From a virus (Duplodnaviria > Caudoviricetes): a stretch of DNA of 64,000 bases. The DNA is taken from positions 512-64,511 of the IMG/VR virus record IMGVR_UViG_3300028392_000067; one strand, 5' to 3'. Below are positions 29,001-38,658 of this stretch, piece by piece. The notes beneath the pieces were generated by a model. It saw nothing but the letters and a program-made list of their open reading frames with translations. It did no database searches and was not told where the DNA came from. Position 1 is the first letter of the stretch. Each line of letters opens with the position of its first letter. Both the position numbers and the translations under genes were made by a program.

Positions 29001-29006
29001 TGCCAT
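23091..29006 (-). CDS. large internal virion (ejection/cargo) protein
   Basis: 1971 aa, largely helical, typical podovirus position after muzzle and small ejection genes. Confidence 0.65.
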   Translation of the reverse strand: MANQLKYSFDDLPDYIKNAPAYKNPVEIPVVREDVISQPITEMPQMGHPIYDYMKKHGLTDLDESNFIKNYSTKENAKDIHDYMTSTKDGEGNPLTTLKFDDFYNQFLNPYNNGLKKKDFATTGVGSENLSQDLENIENLGDGEGPGKKKKKTTEFNLTSDGKLITGELKAKVLAYMAKNGQKVIGDMDINPAVINKLNSSNISLPRVAPAKQLIVTKDQIRPGEDEESAGFRIYAENQAREKEQRQLEQYINKLNRQSSNHGFVQLDENDPYYPGYINSLTGGRPNATIVAGAINKSDFQNYKAGVIAEETKKAAIQNTLNRKAYIKSGPNSNRASDSTMLVNGLNNGEYVITQDDSGYPILGLADNNFFNQYDETYKKAVAQDAYDNYFEGLSDEDKIKYKENEAYGNSINQSMPQVPSGFFGNAGSFAAGLQRAVEKPIIYGIGAITGTGLAAELGVAAASLPEVVEGAKNFGTALGWAENLGSRGYNSGWDKSYYGQLANIPNPTEAQKLAAAKIATESANYSKLASQAEGVLMSMPFGKLTPGLNKAAKNYENAIQTVRKAAPVAENNLLNKVVEVGKNAKTTVPQMYGASFAGELGRGEIAKAYGSGESHTDILSNANEAGKSNAGMALGFSGLHLVQAVVPHALSVLMAGKDQVPSKVITNRAYNVAAELPTQNLKDIFAKAEQDGILKPGEGDQIIQNIEDYKKAKSLVPKNITNPEAAISMAGMIQKIEKLKAELETTPVEARKKDIEAEIADYDKKINDIYHGDDPYMHETDKLGNPIVQTAGISGKDIKNMIKGVTDFGSKAYGKVKELITGKEEPLSKDEILNKIVEQYVPDVNNPDYELTENDKARIQYIQNNPIEVINNVIENSKNENNPKLVKTFEKLKENYINSEKAESQQQTEQVVPTAEIPVSEEDNQPLVEEKNEKPVVNTKNKKEINQEVPAAEGPQRTSGVSHAALENLAERLGLPKIERGTVLKPEEYAARGRRLVDGGVDPESVRDNVSNPTPDEISIARAHLIDLDNLADKAKQEFGADSPEYKDAVNKVDDWARNVVKIQNTTFGERGTAMQGVTDLDTGSFSSVARKLKDNLGRDLTPEEEAIIQKKADQNKASTQAQKDSESALVAAHENDLGEGAKPTEGAKLYKEKAKVAADKFRKLKTKEFTFKDENGNDIPIHKMGLAWNDIIEIGAKAIEATGEVADGVKAIIDEVKDKDWYKNLSKRDKANFEDQLTSHFEIPIEETPESKNIARLEKQLDDLQNGKYKEKTTPRELSDREKELKAQIKAEKEKLGLINSKTKTPLTEEEELSNLQAQFVNKKDNKFTTDEAKSIWRYMKKKYIDNGVEYNEALKKTGEDLGMTYEQVANSVVTPRTKKAAGEYFVKRSTANKNREATKRWVEEKNQSKSTQIFRKIFGFPKAAMTFGHGHVFVGTHGITNIVDPVHTAKTLKAMVNSYKYAYGNRGNYERDMEALKNHPLYSIAREAGLANDPDVLHFDDQDNYDSFIKRVGETGKRGFNAIKVLRQQIFNNEYENLTDEQKQDPKSVERIAKLVNNWTGATNVKLPSAVQDAAFSANMEASRWERLGSGPKAVSYLLKGLTGNGTPDEKAFAKAWFKRAGRQLATYGTLLGANAAVQAALHPDRKVNLTDPTKSDFLLPKFGNHDVTVDLSGGLLSTVGLLSRIGKYAVTNEKNLPRGKSRGEAEWGAVGSYLRGKLNPATAIAIEAATGKDFNENVVPWSSDKPKGEKRQLGWGEYLAGHVLPLPLAEGFRTMQKSAEENGVTKGQFNDYMKGLETALISGATGIKTKEVKDDMGEPLVEQEKVMNFNEGGRPITPQERKTLEAKSEELYNKIDSINKNEGFWVMEGDSALLKSYNKGVKDENGNLLPVATKEEKYKEINRAKEEAALLAKKLLFGTKSKNPNVSRTINEKIIKIQRGIRKRLLTGEQPGSESNNENDQNEENNK

Positions 29007-29019
29007 TGCTAATTATTTT

Positions 29020-30327
29020 TTATTTTTTACCAAATTGGGAATCAGGTATAATAGGACCATTATGTGTAGTTATTAAACTTTCTTTATTATTATTTAATAA
29101 TCTATTTTTTAATATATTAGGTGAAACATATTCATCTTTTATACGATATTCTGGTGGGAATACTAATCTCCATTTACCACTAGATTTATTATATAAATAT
29201 TGTTTTGGAATTATTAATGTACCATCAATTTTATCAGTAGCTAAACCACCTAAATAATCTGTAGCATCTAATTGATTAACATCATTTGTTGGTGTAAAAT
29301 AATTTCTATTACCAGCTACAACAGCAGCAATTATATCATTAGGATGAGGTGGGTTATTTAGATTTTCTTTTAATTTATCAGCTATTTTAATATTTGTAAC
29401 ACTTCTATTAGCTGCAGCTATTTTCATAGCCCTTTCAAATGCTTTTTCATCTTGCCAAACTTTATCAACTTCATTTTTATTTATTATTTTACCATGTCCA
29501 GTCAATCCTAATCCTACAGCTGCTGCTACTTGTCCCCCTTGAGCTTGTGTAATATCTTCTCCAGGAAATAAATCATTAAATTGTTGTTTAAAATTCAAAT
29601 ATTCACCACTTTTAATTAATTGATTAACTTTATTAGTAACACCAGGAACTGTTGCATAAAGCATTGATGCCCTATTAGCTAATGATTGTTTTGATGGATT
29701 GCTATAATCATATGATTTAGTTACTAATACATTACCTTTATTGTCTGGTACCTGACTTATAATATTTTCATCTTGCTGTAACCCCCTTGTTATTGATTTT
29801 ACAAAATCATCTTCATTAAATGGTTTTGTAAAATTCCAATGAAAAGGATCTAATGTTTGATGTTCTGGATGACCTAATGGTAAATCAGCTTTTCTTCTAG
29901 CTTCCATATATCCATCTGGTATATCTAAACCTTGTACAGTAGCTTGATAAAAATGGTCTGCATCTGTTTTTGCATTAGCAGCCTCTTGTTTTGATTGATT
30001 AATTAAAGATTGTGCTTCTTTAAGTCTCCCCATATAATCAGATTGATATTGAGCACCATATTTAGATGGGTTTAATATTTTATCTTGATTTTGCAAATAA
30101 AATAATTTTGCATCATTCATTTTTTGTAAAAAAACATTTTGATCTTGGTCTCTCATTCCTGCAGAATTTATAGATTTTTCATAATCTTTAAAATATCTGT
30201 CAAGAGCATCTTTTTTAGCTTGTTCTTTTTGCTCTAATTGAATAGCTGCATTTGTAGCCCTAGTAGAAAAATCTAAAGGTACTACTTTACCATATGCATT
30301 AGAACTTAATAAACCTGTTGCTGCCAT
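29020..30327 (-). CDS. putative internal virion/ejection protein
   Basis: 435 aa, context. Confidence 0.55.
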   Translation of the reverse strand: MAATGLLSSNAYGKVVPLDFSTRATNAAIQLEQKEQAKKDALDRYFKDYEKSINSAGMRDQDQNVFLQKMNDAKLFYLQNQDKILNPSKYGAQYQSDYMGRLKEAQSLINQSKQEAANAKTDADHFYQATVQGLDIPDGYMEARRKADLPLGHPEHQTLDPFHWNFTKPFNEDDFVKSITRGLQQDENIISQVPDNKGNVLVTKSYDYSNPSKQSLANRASMLYATVPGVTNKVNQLIKSGEYLNFKQQFNDLFPGEDITQAQGGQVAAAVGLGLTGHGKIINKNEVDKVWQDEKAFERAMKIAAANRSVTNIKIADKLKENLNNPPHPNDIIAAVVAGNRNYFTPTNDVNQLDATDYLGGLATDKIDGTLIIPKQYLYNKSSGKWRLVFPPEYRIKDEYVSPNILKNRLLNNNKESLITTHNGPIIPDSQFGKK

Positions 30328-30349
30328 TTTTATATTTTTTTAATACTAA

Positions 30350-31186
30350 TTAAGGGGTAGTATATGTTCCAGTATATGGATTCCATCTAGGAAGTTTAGG
30401 TGACCAAGATGTTAATGGTGGTAATGCATTACTACCTGACAATGATTGATAACTTGGAGAATAATTTGGGTATCTACTACTATTAGAAACACCATAATTC
30501 ATTCTTGTTTGTGGATTTACACCTAAATTAAAACCACTATTAGCACTATCTGTAGAACCTAATTTACCACTATAATAATCTCTTTGCAAATCTAATCCTT
30601 GTTTTGATAAATCATTTGATTGTTTAGCATTATATAAAGAAGCTGCATTTCCTATACCTTGAGCTGCCATTTGTAATCCTGCATTATATTGGTCATTTGC
30701 ATGCTGAGATGCCATTTGAGTTAAACCAAACTTACGATTAAAAGGAGTCATTTCATTTACATCAAATAAATATTTATTTTGAGCATCTTGCATTTGCGCT
30801 GCTCTCCCCATATTTGCAAATTGTCTTTCTTTGTAATTTTCAGCTTGAACACCTGCATTAGCTAAAGCATTATTTTCTACAATACCCAATTTAGGCATTC
30901 CTCCTATTGCAGACCTTCTATCATTTAATGCATTTAATCCAGATGCGGTAGCTCTTCTTGCATTTTGAGCTGCCATTTGATAAAAAGCAGATTGATATGG
31001 ATTTTCATTATATCTATTTGCTGCTTCTTGTGCATAATTATCAATTAATGGATTTCTTTTTGCTAAAGGACTATTAGCAGCTAATTTTTCCATCTTTTTT
31101 TGATAATCAGATGCATTTTTACTTGCATTTACTGCCTGCAAACCACCATAAATTCCTTGTCCTAATGCTAAAAATGTTACTGGCAT
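30350..31186 (-). CDS. putative ejection protein (T7 gp14-like position)
   Basis: Gly/Ala N-terminus, Ala/Gln/Asn-rich helices. Confidence 0.55.
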   Translation of the reverse strand: MPVTFLALGQGIYGGLQAVNASKNASDYQKKMEKLAANSPLAKRNPLIDNYAQEAANRYNENPYQSAFYQMAAQNARRATASGLNALNDRRSAIGGMPKLGIVENNALANAGVQAENYKERQFANMGRAAQMQDAQNKYLFDVNEMTPFNRKFGLTQMASQHANDQYNAGLQMAAQGIGNAASLYNAKQSNDLSKQGLDLQRDYYSGKLGSTDSANSGFNLGVNPQTRMNYGVSNSSRYPNYSPSYQSLSGSNALPPLTSWSPKLPRWNPYTGTYTTP

Positions 31187-31605
31187 ATATATATTAATTT
31201 AGTTACGTTATTAATTTTACTTTTTACTTCTATCATACCACATTTTTTTAACCAATTTATGGCTCTAGTATTTCTAGTCCACATATATGATTCAAAATTA
31301 CCATCAAAACTATTTTTTATAATATTAAAAACTTTAAATAATTTTTCAGGTGTTCTATATTTTTTATTTACCCCAAAACTAACTAAAAGATTTTTATAAT
31401 TAAACCCATACCCAACTAATTCATTATCAACAATTAAATCATAAAAATTACAATTACCTAATTTATTATATTCTTCAATTTTTTCATATACACTATAAAC
31501 CAATTTTTTTCTTTCTTTATTCTCATAATCTGGATCACAATATTTATTTATTTCATCATCATCATGAAAAACGTATAAAATAGTTTTATATTTTACTTTA
31601 CTCAT
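31177..31605 (-). CDS. GNAT-like protein (T7 gp13-like position)
   Basis: NTRAINWLKKCGM motif, between muzzle and ejection genes. Confidence 0.55.
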   Translation of the reverse strand: MSKVKYKTILYVFHDDDEINKYCDPDYENKERKKLVYSVYEKIEEYNKLGNCNFYDLIVDNELVGYGFNYKNLLVSFGVNKKYRTPEKLFKVFNIIKNSFDGNFESYMWTRNTRAINWLKKCGMIEVKSKINNVTKLIYICQ

Positions 31606-32150
31606 CGGTTATTCAACGGAGAATCAATATATTTAATTCCTACGTTGTTCAAATATACGAAAGAATTTGCATTAGATTTCTTTAATTTTATTACAATATA
31701 CCCTCCTTTTAAAGAATCTCCATTCAAAATGCCACCCTGGCTATAAATATCCTTTAAAAATGAAGCATTATATGTAGATTCTAAAACTGAAAAATCAGAC
31801 TCTACAAGTGAACTTTCTTGCCTTTGGCTTCCATAACTCATCATTTGAGTATAAATTAATGGGCATTCCCATATAACATTACCTGTTTCAGCTATAGAAA
31901 TCCATGTTTTTTTGTTAATATTTACTTGATTAAATACCGTAGTTATTGATGCATCATATTGATTACCATAAAAATTACAAAAATTAGTGCTTGTATGAGC
32001 CCAAATTTGTCCATTTTTGAAAGTAAATAAAGTATTAGTGAGATCACCCATCATTTCTGGGAAATACGAGTAAAATGACTCAAAAGCATTACCAACCTCA
32101 TCAAAAGAGATAGTATATGGATCTTGATGGAATTGTAAAGTATTTGCCAT
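31602..32150 (-). CDS. probable separated C-terminal part of the muzzle/tail stabilization protein
   Basis: TISFDE...SFYSY.PE...FTFKNGQIW.H...NFYG.QY...VFN resembles the C-terminus of phage muzzle proteins as recalled. Confidence 0.55.
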   Translation of the reverse strand: MANTLQFHQDPYTISFDEVGNAFESFYSYFPEMMGDLTNTLFTFKNGQIWAHTSTNFCNFYGNQYDASITTVFNQVNINKKTWISIAETGNVIWECPLIYTQMMSYGSQRQESSLVESDFSVLESTYNASFLKDIYSQGGILNGDSLKGGYIVIKLKKSNANSFVYLNNVGIKYIDSPLNNR

Positions 32151-32161
32151 TTAATTAAATT

Positions 32162-32422
32162 TTATGGTGCTGTGGTTGTTGTAGTTGTTGTAGTTGGAAC
32201 ATTTATATCTAAATAATTAACACAATAAATAGTAGATTTTACTCTTACAATAGTAGTCATTATTGGTAATGTAGGTAAATTATAAGTTAAATAACCTGCT
32301 AATATTTGGTCTCTTGTTACGCCTGTGGCAAATGGTGTAGTAAATCCATCAGAATCTGAATACAAATCAAATGGGCCAGTTGCTATTCCTGCTGTTGTTA
32401 ATTTTATTGTTGCTATTGCCAT
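32162..32422 (-). CDS. small virion-associated protein with poly-Thr tail
   Basis: GPFDLY...VRVKS..YC.N domain plus PTTTTTTTTAP. Confidence 0.6.
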   Translation of the reverse strand: MAIATIKLTTAGIATGPFDLYSDSDGFTTPFATGVTRDQILAGYLTYNLPTLPIMTTIVRVKSTIYCVNYLDINVPTTTTTTTTAP

Positions 32423-32438
32423 TTTTATTATTTTTAAT

Positions 32439-33008
32439 TTAACCTAAACATGATCCTGAAGCAGAACCTACAGCTCCTGTTGAACTATTATAATTATATA
32501 CACTATTAGCACCACCTGTAGGGAACACAATATCTAATACATAAGTATTAGGGAATGTAGTTGTTCCATATGGATCTGCATATAAATTTGGAGGAGGAGT
32601 AAATATATAACCAGGTAACCCATAAGCGGGTACTGATGGTAAAATACATATATCAGTAGCTCCTGTATTGCTAAAAACAAATCTATTAGAATAAAGAACA
32701 TATGGAGATACTGTTACAGTTCCTCCAGATAATAAACATTCTACATTTGTGGTTGTAGTAGTAGTTGAAGTTGTTGATGTAGTAGTAGTTGTAGCAGGCA
32801 ATATATTAAGAGTTAATGTATTAGTACATATACCTTGAGAAGTTACAAATATTTGAGTAGCTGCATCATTAGCGAAAACTGTCACTCCGACCAATAATTC
32901 ATTTAATGTTGCAACAGCAGGTGCTAATGTCCCAATATCTGCAGTTAATACAAAATCAGGGCCTAAATCTGCACCTTGGGATGGGTTTAATTTAACTAAT
33001 ATATACAT
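32439..33008 (-). CDS. virion-associated protein with poly-Thr linker, paralogous N-domain to 32162
   Basis: GPDFVL...FVTSQGICTN then ATTTTTSTTSTTTTTT. Confidence 0.6.
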   Translation of the reverse strand: MYILVKLNPSQGADLGPDFVLTADIGTLAPAVATLNELLVGVTVFANDAATQIFVTSQGICTNTLTLNILPATTTTTSTTSTTTTTTNVECLLSGGTVTVSPYVLYSNRFVFSNTGATDICILPSVPAYGLPGYIFTPPPNLYADPYGTTTFPNTYVLDIVFPTGGANSVYNYNSSTGAVGSASGSCLG

Positions 33009-33022
33009 ATTTATTTAATATT

Positions 33023-36000
33023 TTAACACTGAGTTGGGTTAATTGTCAAATTGCCAATTGTTGATTTAAATGTTGTAGTTGAGCAACTTCCACCATAATA
33101 TACAAAATAAAATGTTCCTGATATTGCTGAACCATCACTATTTCTAATTACTGAAACAGTATTAGTTCCACCATCTGATAAACAACCACCATTTGCTACA
33201 AATTTAGCATAATCAATTGAATTCAAGAAAATTTCAGGTGTACTACCTATATTTGTACAATTAGATGAACCTGCTATTTGAATTCCTGTACCAATAGATA
33301 CGAATGGATTAGTTGTCGTAGTTGTAATTGGAGCTAATGTAGTTGTTGTAGTAGTAGATGTTGTGGTAGTTGTAGTCGGAGCTAATGTGGTTGTAGATGT
33401 AGTTGTAGATGTAGTTGTAATTGGAGATGATGTAGTTGTAGTTGTGCTTGTTGGATAATAAACAATTGCAATGCCACCATTATATGTACAATCAGAATAT
33501 CTATTAATTTCTTCCATTGCAATTATATACTTATTTGTATAAGAGTCAAATACACCATAAATACAAGGATTTCCATTATAAATTTGACCATCTGCTGCAG
33601 CACCATTATTCAATTGTTGTCTATAAGCATTTAATTTAGCTACAAAAAAAGCATTTGTATGATAAATAATACTTAATGGTTCAATACCATTTTGGCTTAA
33701 TCTACATACAACGCCCCTGTAATCATCTACAAAATAATCAGAGAAATTATTCCAAGCTAAACTAGTAGCTGCATCTCCTATACCATAATTACCTTCATAA
33801 TATTGAATCTTATTAATTAATTTATCTGTATTAGCTTGTAATGGGTTATTTGCACTATCCTTAATAATTTGAGTTAAAATAGGAACATTACCTACCTTAA
33901 ATTTTTGAAAAACTTTCAAATATCTATCTCGAACATGCAATCTCATTACATCACCAAAACTTCTATCATATTCATCAAAGTTTTCAAAATAAAAACTATT
34001 TGTACCATTTATATTAGTGTCAACTTGATAAGATTGACTAAATCTAATTAATGTAGGGAAATATACGTTTCTTGCATTTACATCAATAACAGACTGTCTT
34101 CCATTGCTATTCATCGTTAAATTATATGCATCATTAAAACTACTTTCAATAATTGAAATAGTCTGAGTTTGTAATATATTAACCTTCATTTTAAATATAG
34201 AATAATAAACACTTTGTCCATCTACTGCAACCCATGCTTTTGTATGAGCAGGTATAGTAATTTTTGTAGAACATACTAAAGTATCAGAATCTGTACCTTC
34301 TGTTCTTACAGTTGATAAAGTTTTAAATGTCTTTGTTGTAGAATCTACATAAACAATATAAAAATTAGGAATAACACTAGAAGTGGTTTTATCATAAGTA
34401 GCTCTAACACTAAAATCAATACTTAATAAAATAGTTCCAGATGTTTTATTCCAAAAAAATCCATTATCTGAAAAAGTAGGATAAGAAGCAGTATCTAATG
34501 GATATATTACATTATCTGTTTGACCAGTTATTAAATAATTATCATTACCATATGCGTAAGAATAATTTAAATTATCAGGATTCATTATTAATGAATGAAA
34601 AAGAAAAGAACTTATAGGTATTGTAACATTTTGATTACCAGCATTATAATCCCATAATGTTTGATAAAGTACATTTCTTTGTCTCCAAAATAAATCACCA
34701 TTTGTACCGCTAATAATAGCAGGAACACCAATTGGATCTGATGCAGATTGTGATTGTTCAAGTCCTATATGATATGCATTTTGAGTACCAGGATTACCAA
34801 TACCAAAACATTTATTAAATTCATAAAAAAACTTTTGACTAGCATCGGAATTTATAGAATAATTATATAAAAATATCTCATAATGCCTAAACCCAACATC
34901 ATTACTAAAATTAAAATTTGTTGGGTCTGCATCTACAGCATCCTGTGGATATTTAATTTTAATAAAATTACCTTGTCTTTGCCCAACTGTTGTTTCTACT
35001 AATCCTTCTGTACCTAATATTTCAAAATCAACTACATTTATAGAGGTAGGATTACCTAATGCATCATATCTTTTTAAAAATGTAATTCTATCTCCAGGCG
35101 TAAAAGCATAAGATACAACACTTGTAGATGAACTAAATTGTTTGTTATATTCAGCAATATTAGATATATCTATATATGCAAAAGATTCTAAATTATATGT
35201 AGAAGTAACATCATTTAATGATAAAGGACTTCTAAATGCATTATTACATATCCAAAACAATCTTTTATTATAAGTAGTATTATTTGATCTTACTACTTGA
35301 AAATATCTAGCTTCTAATGGAGGTCTATTTTTAATTTGCAAAAATGTTTGAGTAAATCTAGTTCCATTATTTTTATTAGTAGTAAATGTTGCTAATTTAT
35401 TTGTTTGTGTACCAATTGTTCTTCCTTGCCCATCAAAATATTGTATTCCATATTGATAACCAGAATCCCATGAATTAGCATAAACAGTATTATTTTCAGC
35501 ATTTGTTGCATAACTAATATATTTTACACCACTTGAATATAATGTAAAATCATTCGTATTTGACATTGTCAATATATTTCCAACCAATGATACTTGACTC
35601 CAATTATGACCATTCCCAACTAATCCAGCAGATATATCTGTTAAAATAGAAGAAACAGTTTTAGGACTTGTTAAATTTTGATATGTGTAACCAATATTAG
35701 TATAACTAGAATCTACTGCATTTATAACATATTGTCCAACAGGATTATTTAATGTAGTAACTTCACCATTAGTATTTGTACCAGTACCATATAAGTATAT
35801 TTTCAATATTTTACCAGTAGAACCACTATCTATACCATTACATGTAGCAAAAAATAAAAGTCCACAATAATCTTGAAAGAATGTTATTGGAACTGGTATA
35901 TTTAATGCTGGATTAGGAGTATATGATAATAAATTCATATTTGTTTTATTATACCCTTCAGTTATTCCTGAATATAATAAAGTATTACCATTAGCTAATT

Positions 36001-36961
36001 CAGCTGCATTTGCTTTTTGTGGAACCCAATCCTGTAATTGTGCTGTTTCTATAACATCAATCTGACCATAAATACTATCATTATAAAACTTATAAGTATA
36101 TATATCATTATCTAATATTTGATTATCAAATTTATTTAATTGTTTAATTAAATAAAAATCAGATATTACATTATTATTATCTTCTCTAAAAGCTAATTCT
36201 ATTGCTTTTACATCTTTATCACCAGTTGAAAATGAAATAGAAATCCTTGCATTTAAACTTAAATCAGGATTTGTTAAACTCAATGTATTTTGTTGAGGTA
36301 AGGGAACAATACTTCTAGAGCTCCATACAGATTTTTCATTATTTTGATAAACGAATCTATAACAAAATTGGTATAATGAATTTCTTAAATTATTTACAGT
36401 TACAATGGTATCATTTTCAAATGTAACTTTAGGTGGCATTACAGGAGGAGCTTTGGCTATTAGCAAATATTCCAACTTCCATGATGTACCATATGTATTA
36501 AGTAAATTTATACTTTTAGGTGGATTTAATCCATCATTAAAATATAAAATATCACCCTCATCATCCCTATAAAATATATTAACTGATAATACTTTATAAG
36601 ATGGATTAAAATTCAAAATATCAACACCATTACTATCTGTTTTGCTTTGTAAAACTTTAGTAATTTTATTTGTATTTAAATCTAAATATAAAATATTATC
36701 ATAACCATTGCTATTCCAAACAAAATAATATGCTCTATTTCTTATTTTATCAGGATAAAAACCAATAACTTTATTTGTACCAGATGGTAGAGTATAAGCA
36801 ACATTTGTATTACCCAATATATTAGATACTACTCTATCTTGACCTACTCCTTGAGCATCTTTAGTTATGTTTAAAGCATCAATATAGTCATTGTTATCAA
36901 TTCTATAATCTGCTACATCTAAATTTAATTTACCATTAAATGGGTTGTTTATTATTGGCAT
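33023..36961 (-). CDS. muzzle/nozzle (tail stabilization) protein with mucin-like C-terminal extension
   Basis: FNGKLNLD...YIDALNI, YFNDGLNPPK.IN, YEGNYGI, YFVD..RG.V.RL; ~45-aa Thr-rich stretch near the C-terminus. Confidence 0.75.
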   Translation of the reverse strand: MPIINNPFNGKLNLDVADYRIDNNDYIDALNITKDAQGVGQDRVVSNILGNTNVAYTLPSGTNKVIGFYPDKIRNRAYYFVWNSNGYDNILYLDLNTNKITKVLQSKTDSNGVDILNFNPSYKVLSVNIFYRDDEGDILYFNDGLNPPKSINLLNTYGTSWKLEYLLIAKAPPVMPPKVTFENDTIVTVNNLRNSLYQFCYRFVYQNNEKSVWSSRSIVPLPQQNTLSLTNPDLSLNARISISFSTGDKDVKAIELAFREDNNNVISDFYLIKQLNKFDNQILDNDIYTYKFYNDSIYGQIDVIETAQLQDWVPQKANAAELANGNTLLYSGITEGYNKTNMNLLSYTPNPALNIPVPITFFQDYCGLLFFATCNGIDSGSTGKILKIYLYGTGTNTNGEVTTLNNPVGQYVINAVDSSYTNIGYTYQNLTSPKTVSSILTDISAGLVGNGHNWSQVSLVGNILTMSNTNDFTLYSSGVKYISYATNAENNTVYANSWDSGYQYGIQYFDGQGRTIGTQTNKLATFTTNKNNGTRFTQTFLQIKNRPPLEARYFQVVRSNNTTYNKRLFWICNNAFRSPLSLNDVTSTYNLESFAYIDISNIAEYNKQFSSSTSVVSYAFTPGDRITFLKRYDALGNPTSINVVDFEILGTEGLVETTVGQRQGNFIKIKYPQDAVDADPTNFNFSNDVGFRHYEIFLYNYSINSDASQKFFYEFNKCFGIGNPGTQNAYHIGLEQSQSASDPIGVPAIISGTNGDLFWRQRNVLYQTLWDYNAGNQNVTIPISSFLFHSLIMNPDNLNYSYAYGNDNYLITGQTDNVIYPLDTASYPTFSDNGFFWNKTSGTILLSIDFSVRATYDKTTSSVIPNFYIVYVDSTTKTFKTLSTVRTEGTDSDTLVCSTKITIPAHTKAWVAVDGQSVYYSIFKMKVNILQTQTISIIESSFNDAYNLTMNSNGRQSVIDVNARNVYFPTLIRFSQSYQVDTNINGTNSFYFENFDEYDRSFGDVMRLHVRDRYLKVFQKFKVGNVPILTQIIKDSANNPLQANTDKLINKIQYYEGNYGIGDAATSLAWNNFSDYFVDDYRGVVCRLSQNGIEPLSIIYHTNAFFVAKLNAYRQQLNNGAAADGQIYNGNPCIYGVFDSYTNKYIIAMEEINRYSDCTYNGGIAIVYYPTSTTTTTSSPITTTSTTTSTTTLAPTTTTTTSTTTTTTLAPITTTTTNPFVSIGTGIQIAGSSNCTNIGSTPEIFLNSIDYAKFVANGGCLSDGGTNTVSVIRNSDGSAISGTFYFVYYGGSCSTTTFKSTIGNLTINPTQC

Positions 36962-36964
36962 ATG

Positions 36965-37738
36965 TTATCCCTTAACTGTCATTCTTTGATTAGCTAAATT
37001 CCATTCGTATGTTTCATCTAAATAAAGAGGTTTAAACCTAGCATTTGCTAGTCTTCTCTCATTAAAATAGTTGTTTTTTCTATCACGTTTATCTCCTAAA
37101 TTACCTTTTCTTGATGTTGGTAAATAAGCAATATCTTGCCATGCTAACCATGCAATCATAGCTTCTCTAAATTGCAATGGTATCATATATTTTTCATCAG
37201 GATTTGGACTTGCCAAATACTCAATCATTAAATAATCATAGTAAAAATTTTGATTTAAAAGGATTACTCCATTTGAATCATCTATGCTAAATTCACCTAC
37301 AAATGGGGAACCACTTGGATAACCATATACATTAGTGAAACCATATCCATCCCAATAATTATAAAATAATGGGTAATTTTGATTATACCAATCAACTAAA
37401 GTATTATCTTGAGTTAAAGCTAATCTATTTGGTTGCTGATCAGCATAATTAGTAAGTTTTCTATTAAATGTCAAAGGAATAATTTCTCCTCTTGAATTTA
37501 ATACTCCTATTTTAGTATAATTTACATAATCATTAGGCAATTGAGCTGTATAATTAGTTGTATCAATTGGTACTTTAACTGTTCTTATTTTATAAAAAAA
37601 GTCTAACCCAAGCTCTTCCATACCTCTATATGCTATATTATACAATTTTGCATATTTATGTACAGATTGCTCTGATGCATCAATATAATCGTTGATTACA
37701 GAGTCTAATGTTATATAATTTCTTTCTTGTGATGACAT
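36965..37738 (-). CDS. tail ring/tubular protein
   Basis: LPNDYVNYTKI motif; position before muzzle. Confidence 0.6.
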   Translation of the reverse strand: MSSQERNYITLDSVINDYIDASEQSVHKYAKLYNIAYRGMEELGLDFFYKIRTVKVPIDTTNYTAQLPNDYVNYTKIGVLNSRGEIIPLTFNRKLTNYADQQPNRLALTQDNTLVDWYNQNYPLFYNYWDGYGFTNVYGYPSGSPFVGEFSIDDSNGVILLNQNFYYDYLMIEYLASPNPDEKYMIPLQFREAMIAWLAWQDIAYLPTSRKGNLGDKRDRKNNYFNERRLANARFKPLYLDETYEWNLANQRMTVKG

Positions 37739-37740
37739 CT

Positions 37741-38013
37741 TTAGTTATTTGAAACGTAAGATAATATATCTGATTGACGAATCAAATAATATGGTTCGTC
37801 ATTTATTAAAATTTCTTCCCCTGCGCCCTTTATGTGAAATACAATATCACCTTTTTTTGTTTCCATTTTAATATCTTTAGTCCCTTTTCCAACTTCAATA
37901 ACTTCTGCTTTTGAACTTCTTTCTTGAGCAGAAGAAGGTATAAATAATCCACCTTCAGTTATTGAATCTGCAGCACATGGTTTAATTAATACTAAATCTC
38001 TTAATGGTTTCAT
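37741..38013 (-). CDS. groS: co-chaperonin GroES/Cpn10
   Basis: KPLRDLVLI...TEGGLFIP...VIEVGKG...GDIV...LIRQSDIL. Confidence 0.9.
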   Translation of the reverse strand: MKPLRDLVLIKPCAADSITEGGLFIPSSAQERSSKAEVIEVGKGTKDIKMETKKGDIVFHIKGAGEEILINDEPYYLIRQSDILSYVSNN

Positions 38014-38024
38014 AATTTTATATT

Positions 38025-38657
38025 TTAATTTACATTGTCAACTCCATCATTACTTTGATCTATTACTCTAGATCTTTCAAAAGCTAATTGGGTTTTTATA
38101 TATTCTACTATTGCAGGAACATAATCATCAGGCACAATTAAAGTAGATGACAAGTCAGATGAATTACCTCCGCTTATCATTCTTAAAGTAGCCTTATAAT
38201 TAGATAAAGGTATAGTTGTTCTAACATATATATGCTCTCCCTCTATCCAATATAATATCTTATTCTGAATTGGCCTTATTTGTTCAATATAAGGCACTTG
38301 ATTTATACTTAAAGGAATAGCTGTTTGAGAAGTTTTCTTGTCACCAACGAACTGTAAAGTGGCAACACCTTCATTTCTACCAAGTGAGTAAGGTATTACA
38401 GGCAATAAAAGACTATAAGTAAGATTATCTACTGACTCAGGCTTTATATCTAAATTTGTAAATGTTGTATAAAAGGAGTTATTTATATATGCAACTCCGT
38501 CCATTTGAACATTTTCTGTATAATTCTTTTTAACAACTAAACCAATAGCATCATTTAACCATTGATTAACTAGATTAAAGGTAATACTAGAATCATCAGT
38601 AGGCTGACCATTATAAATTTGCCTTAATATTCTTTCTATAAATATTTTTCTTGTCAT
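38025..38657 (-). CDS. tail ring/tubular protein
   Basis: context and size. Confidence 0.55.
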   Translation of the reverse strand: MTRKIFIERILRQIYNGQPTDDSSITFNLVNQWLNDAIGLVVKKNYTENVQMDGVAYINNSFYTTFTNLDIKPESVDNLTYSLLLPVIPYSLGRNEGVATLQFVGDKKTSQTAIPLSINQVPYIEQIRPIQNKILYWIEGEHIYVRTTIPLSNYKATLRMISGGNSSDLSSTLIVPDDYVPAIVEYIKTQLAFERSRVIDQSNDGVDNVN

Positions 38658-38658
38658 T

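Noticed and set aside
23091-29006. Virion RNA polymerase as in Crassvirales
   Set aside because: I found no DxDxD catalytic motif in a recognisable RNAP context, and host-type promoters precede operons; an HMM search would be needed to exclude it fully
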